Positions 59,240-64,000 of a stretch of DNA of 64,000 bases are shown here, piece by piece. The DNA comes from Malacoraja senta (taxonomy: Eukaryota): the NCBI GenBank assembly GCA_038087875.1, contig CM075992.1, forward strand, positions 12,092,001 to 12,156,000. The letters are read 5' to 3'. Made by a program: the position numbers and the translations under genes. Each line of letters starts with the position of its first letter. Positions within the stretch are counted from its first letter, which is position 1. The notes beneath the pieces were generated by a model, which worked only from the letters and a program-made list of their open reading frames with translations, was not told the origin of the DNA and did no database searches.

Positions 59240-62200
59240 TGCTGGGTTGGACAATGACATTATTAAGATATTCAGGGACTATCCGTATGAAATTGTGCAA
59301 AAGAGAAAACCAATTTGGGAAGGTTAAAGAGCTTTTAAGAGGGAAACAAGGGATCAGATATGGGGGGTTTTATCCAGCTAAAATGCGAATTTCTTTCAAG
59401 GGTTCTGAAAAGTCATTTGTAAAACCTGAAGATGCGTTCAAATATGCCCAGTTATCATGGAAAAATAGAAATCAAATGGAGGTTTGGCAGATTTGAACCA
59501 TTCCAAGCAATGTTTTGTTTGGGATGGCTAGACTGGTATCTATGGAATTTTGAATCAAGGCCACTTTCTGTTCAAAATGAGTAACAGCTGAACAGAAGTG
59601 AATGGTATATACCAGAAGCATTATCTGTTTTAATAACTACAATATTAAATCCAATTGAAAGAACTTAACCTATTAACAACTTAATAAGTATCTATGTTAG
59701 ATTAGAATAGCTACGGACGCTAACAAAAATAAAAAATAAATAAAAATAACGAACTAACAAAACTAAAGCGAATTTTACTAAATTAATACCTTATCTATAA
59801 CTGGGAGGAGGGGATGAGAAACAGCACCTGGCCTAGGTCCAGGGGCACGTCTCGTTAACCCTTCAACCAACAGTTGACCATTATTGAAGTCAAAATTATC
59901 TGTTTAATAATTAGTAGCTAAAATTGCGATATATACAGATATGTTATAATGAAATATATAGGGTAAAATGGTATTATATATCTGAATGTGAGGCCCCGTT
60001 TTAATATTTTAATATGTTATGATTAACCAAGAGAGTGGAGCTATTTGTTTAACATCACAATGGAAGTTGAAACAAGGTTTTCTCCCACCTACAGGTGGGC
60101 CATTGCTACAGTGCCGACTATATGAGACACTGTATTTTCACTTTTTCAGTTTTTTTAAATTATCACATAAACTCACATGTTTGTGTTTTGTGATTAGTGA
60201 TAAGCGTAAAAGGGATATACCAACAAAACTTAGAAATTCAAAAGTTCCCCAATACCCAAAGACCTGGAATATGGATTGCACCACAAGATTAAAGGTACTA
60301 TAATTATTCAAAATGCAAGATGCTAAGCAAAAGAACCTAGGAGGAATCTCCATTCTGTAGTTGGAATATAAGAGGTATTAACGAACCTATTAAAAGGGGT
60401 AAGATACTAGCTCAGCTGAAACTGTACAACTCTGACATTATCTTCTTACAAGAAATTCATTTAAAAATCTCAGGATCAAGCTAGGTTGAGGGCGAAATGG
60501 ATAGGTCAAACATACCATTCTTCATTTACTTCGAAATCTAGAGGTATGTCAATCATTATAAGAAAAGGTATACCATTTAAAGCAAAGAATACCATAACAG
60601 ACATCGAAGGGAGATACTTAATAGTTAATGGAGAAATTCATGATACTCCAATTACCTTGGTAAATATATATGCTCCTAACTTTGACAACCCTCATTTTAA
60701 AATAAAATTCTGAACATAATCGCAGAGTCTAACTATCAAAATGTTATAATAGGAGGAGACTTTAACTGTGTTTTAGATACGTATTTAGATAAATCAAGCC
60801 AAAAACAGAGAGGGAATACGAAATCTAAAACGGTGAACTTCTCAATACTTATATAAACAATACTAATATAGCAGATATTTGGAGAATTGTTAATCCAACT
60901 GGCAGGGAATACTCGTTTTATTCAATGGCACACAAAACATACTCACGTATAGATTATTTCCTGGTGGATACAAAATTAATCCCTCGTACCTTTAACCCAA
61001 CATACCATACAAATTCGATTTCAGACCATTCACCACTAACTTTCTTTTTAAAACTGGAAGGAATGTCTAAGAATAAACCGTTTTGGAGATTTAATTCTCA
61101 AATCCTAAAAGATCCACAAGCGAGTATATATTTAAAAGGACAAATGGATGCCTTTTTTGAAATAAATGACACTCCAGATATATCGCCTACTGTATTATGG
61201 GAATATTTTAAAGCATACATTAGGGGTATTATAATTTCATATCTAGCTTTTCAAAATAAAAATAATAAGAATGAACAAAGACAGTTAGAAGAACTTATTA
61301 GACAAATGGATATAGATAATGCTAAAGATCCATCCATAGATAAACATAATAAAATAATAATTTTGAAATTTAAATTAAATAAACTATAATAAGCCAAACT
61401 GATAAGACTTTTTCAAATTACAAAACAAGAGCACTTTGAATTTGGGGATAAACCGCATAAACTTTTGGCTCGCCAGCTAAAAAAATGAGAAAAAGAACAT
61501 ACGATCCCAAAGATTAAATCAGATAGAGGGGAATTATTAACCATACCGAAGGATATTAATAAAAGATTTGCGCAATTTTATGAGAATTGTATACATCTAA
61601 AACGACAACTGACTCCAATAAAATTACAGAGTTTTTGGATAATTGTAATCTTCTAGGGGACTAGGACTAGGGGACATAGTTGTAGAATAAGAGGGGCTCT
61701 TTTAAAACTGAGATGAGGAAGAACTTCTTCACCCAGAGGGTGGTTAATTTATGGAATTCACTGCCCCAGGGAGCAGTGGAAGCAGAAACATTAAATATAT
61801 TTAAGTCTAAAATAGATGTTTTTTCAGCTGCCAAGGGGATAAGGGGCTACGGGGAGAGGGCAGGGATATGGACCTAGGTATGGTTAGTATAGTAAGACCT
61901 GAGTGATCTCCTGGACAAGTGTCGATCGCCTGGATTGGGGTCGGAGAGGAATTTCCCGGATTTTTTTCCCGAATTGGGACCTGGGTTTTTATCCGGTTTT
62001 TTGCCTCCCCCAGGAGATCACGCGGTTCTTGGGGTGGAGAGGGGTGATAGCAATATAAAGGGGAGGGTAGTGTCTTGTGTTCTGTGTCTTGTGTCTACTG
62101 TTTGTGGGTAAGGGTGTCTGTTTAGTGTTCAGCCATGAGCGAATGGCGGTGCGGGCTCGATGGGCCTGGTGGTCTACTCTCGCACCTACTTTCTATGTTT

Positions 62201-64000
62201 CTATGTTTCTATGTTTCCAAAGTTAGAGTTGAAGGAACAAGAGGAATTGGGTGCACAAATCTCAATTAAGGAATTAGAAGATACAATAAACTCACTAAAG
62301 AATGGAAAAACACCAGGTCCTGATGGATTTACTAATGAATTTTATAAAGCTTCTATGACAAAATTATACCAAGATTACAAAAAATGTACCAATATGCTTT
62401 AAAAAAACAAATACTACCTGATACATTAGCGGAATCAACGATTACACTAATACTTAAGAAACACAAAGATATAGAAGAACCGGGTTCTTATAGAGCTATA
62501 GCATTGTTAAACACAGATCAAAAAATATTAGCGAAAACATTAGCTAGAAGATTAAGTAAATATATTAGTAAACTAATAAACCCAGATCAGAGGGGGTTTA
62601 TCCCTAAGAGATATTCATCTAACAATATGAGACGTTTACTCAACATAATGCACTCACATAAATCTGAAGAACAAGAATTATCATTTATTTCGCTGGATGC
62701 TGAAAAAGCATTTGACCAAGTAGAATGGAATTATATGGATAAAGTATTACAAAAATTCCAACTGGGAGAGAATTTTATTCTATGGATTAAATTATTATAT
62801 AATAAACCTACAGCTAGAATATTAACTAATAACAATTATCCTCGAAATTTCAACTATCAAGGGGAAATAGACAAGGATGCTCATTATCACCACAGTTTGT
62901 TTGCTCTTATTATTGAACCGTTAGCAGAAAAAATTAGAATACATCCTGATATCCATGGGTATAATACTAAAGATTCAAATAATAAAATATCTTTATACGC
63001 GGATGATATATTACTGTACATTACAAAACCTCAAATCACTATACCAAATAATATTAAATTTAATTGAAGACTTTGGATCTTTATCTGAATACAGAATAAA
63101 TTGGAATAAAAGTGAAATTATGTCAATAAAACCGAAAGACTCAACACATCTTTTAAAATTCCCTTTTAAAATAGCTACAGAAAAATTTTAATACTTGGGA
63201 ATCGAAATTACTACAACATATCAAGGTATGTTTAATGCAAATTTTGATCCTCTGCTTAATAATTAAACACACTAATTAAATTTTGGAAAACGCTCCCGAT
63301 GTCTTTAATAGGCCGAATAATTGCAATAAAAATGATCTTTCTACCAAATTTTATACCTATTTCAATCGATTCCTATATACTTACCAAAAGAAGTTTTTTT
63401 TTTTAATTGGACTCGGATATCACTAATTTTATATGGGACCATAAATCACATAGAATACAAAAAAACTCACTTGAATAAACCTAAAGTAGTAGGGGTTTAG
63501 CACTACCTAATTTCATGTATTATTATTGGTCAGTAAATATTAAAAATATGATTCAACTGATGGATAACTCTGCCCAGCAAGTGGACTGGATTGTAATGGA
63601 GAGAGAGGATTGCTCCTCTGGAAACTTTGGAGCGATCCTCCTCTCACCAATGAAACTGAATAACATAAATTATAATAAGAACCCAATTATACATAGCACA
63701 ATCCGAATTTGGAAACAAATAAAACAAAATTTAAAAATTAAGAATTTATCACTTTTATCTCCCATAGTTAATAATCCTTCGTTTAATCCCTCTATTATAG
63801 ATACATCTTTCACACACTGGGATAGACTAGGAATTAAAACGTTCGGTGACTTGTATGAAACTGGAAAATTACTTTCATTTCAACAATTACAAAGAAAATA
63901 TAAACTCGGAAATAATCAATATTTTAAATATTTTCAAATATGCGACTATTTGAAAAAATATATAAAAGATCATTATAATAGCCAGCAGATGTATTGGATG
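59240..64000 (+). mobile_element. Second L1 (ORF1 C-terminus to 59496; ORF2 from 60313, frameshifted), continues past window
   Basis: YGGFYPAKMRI (ORF1 end); MQD start, TYSRIDY, SDH, SLDAEKAFD, YADD; related to but distinct from the 24329 L1. Confidence 0.93.
61654..62217 (+). mobile_element. CR1 3' fragment with extended structured 3' UTR, inserted in L1 ORF2
   Basis: RKNFFTQRVVNLWN coding end, (TTTCTATG)n tail; L1 resumes at 62218. Confidence 0.88.

Noticed and set aside
58773..59496. ORFs spanning the N run
   Set aside because: Artefacts of low-complexity sequence and the assembly gap; only 59240-59496 is real L1 ORF1

Overview
Eukaryotic, repeat-saturated vertebrate DNA, most likely a skate or ray (inferred from abundant elasmobranch HE1-type V-SINEs and matching CR1 LINEs). 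The only host gene I can support is a + strand adhesion GPCR of the ADGRE (CD97/EMR) type. Five exons are recognisable: a GAIN-domain exon (7552-7672), TM1-2 (20096-20296), TM3-4 (48914-49134), ECL2/TM5 (55153-55212) and TM5/ICL3 (57410-57499). It looks dead in this sequence: the ECL2/TM5 exon has a 7-nt frameshifting deletion, the next exon has an in-frame TAG and a DIRS retrotransposon where its splice donor should be, and I could not find the GPS exon. The rest is nested mobile DNA: many CR1 pieces, two L1s (one full length with TSD and intact ORF1), Penelope fragments and mini fold-back derivatives with hammerhead motifs and 14-17 bp TSDs, Rex1/Babar LINEs, two DIRS elements, a solo LTR, a Harbinger-like MITE, a Helitron end and several SINEs. 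There is also a family of GC-rich non-autonomous retroelements whose shared body carries different LINE-type 3' tails. Structural events include a near-identical 4.3-kb tandem duplication, an older duplication apparently mediated by recombination between two mini-Penelope copies, and a 200-N gap. Repeat boundaries are by eye and approximate unless a TSD or splice site is quoted.
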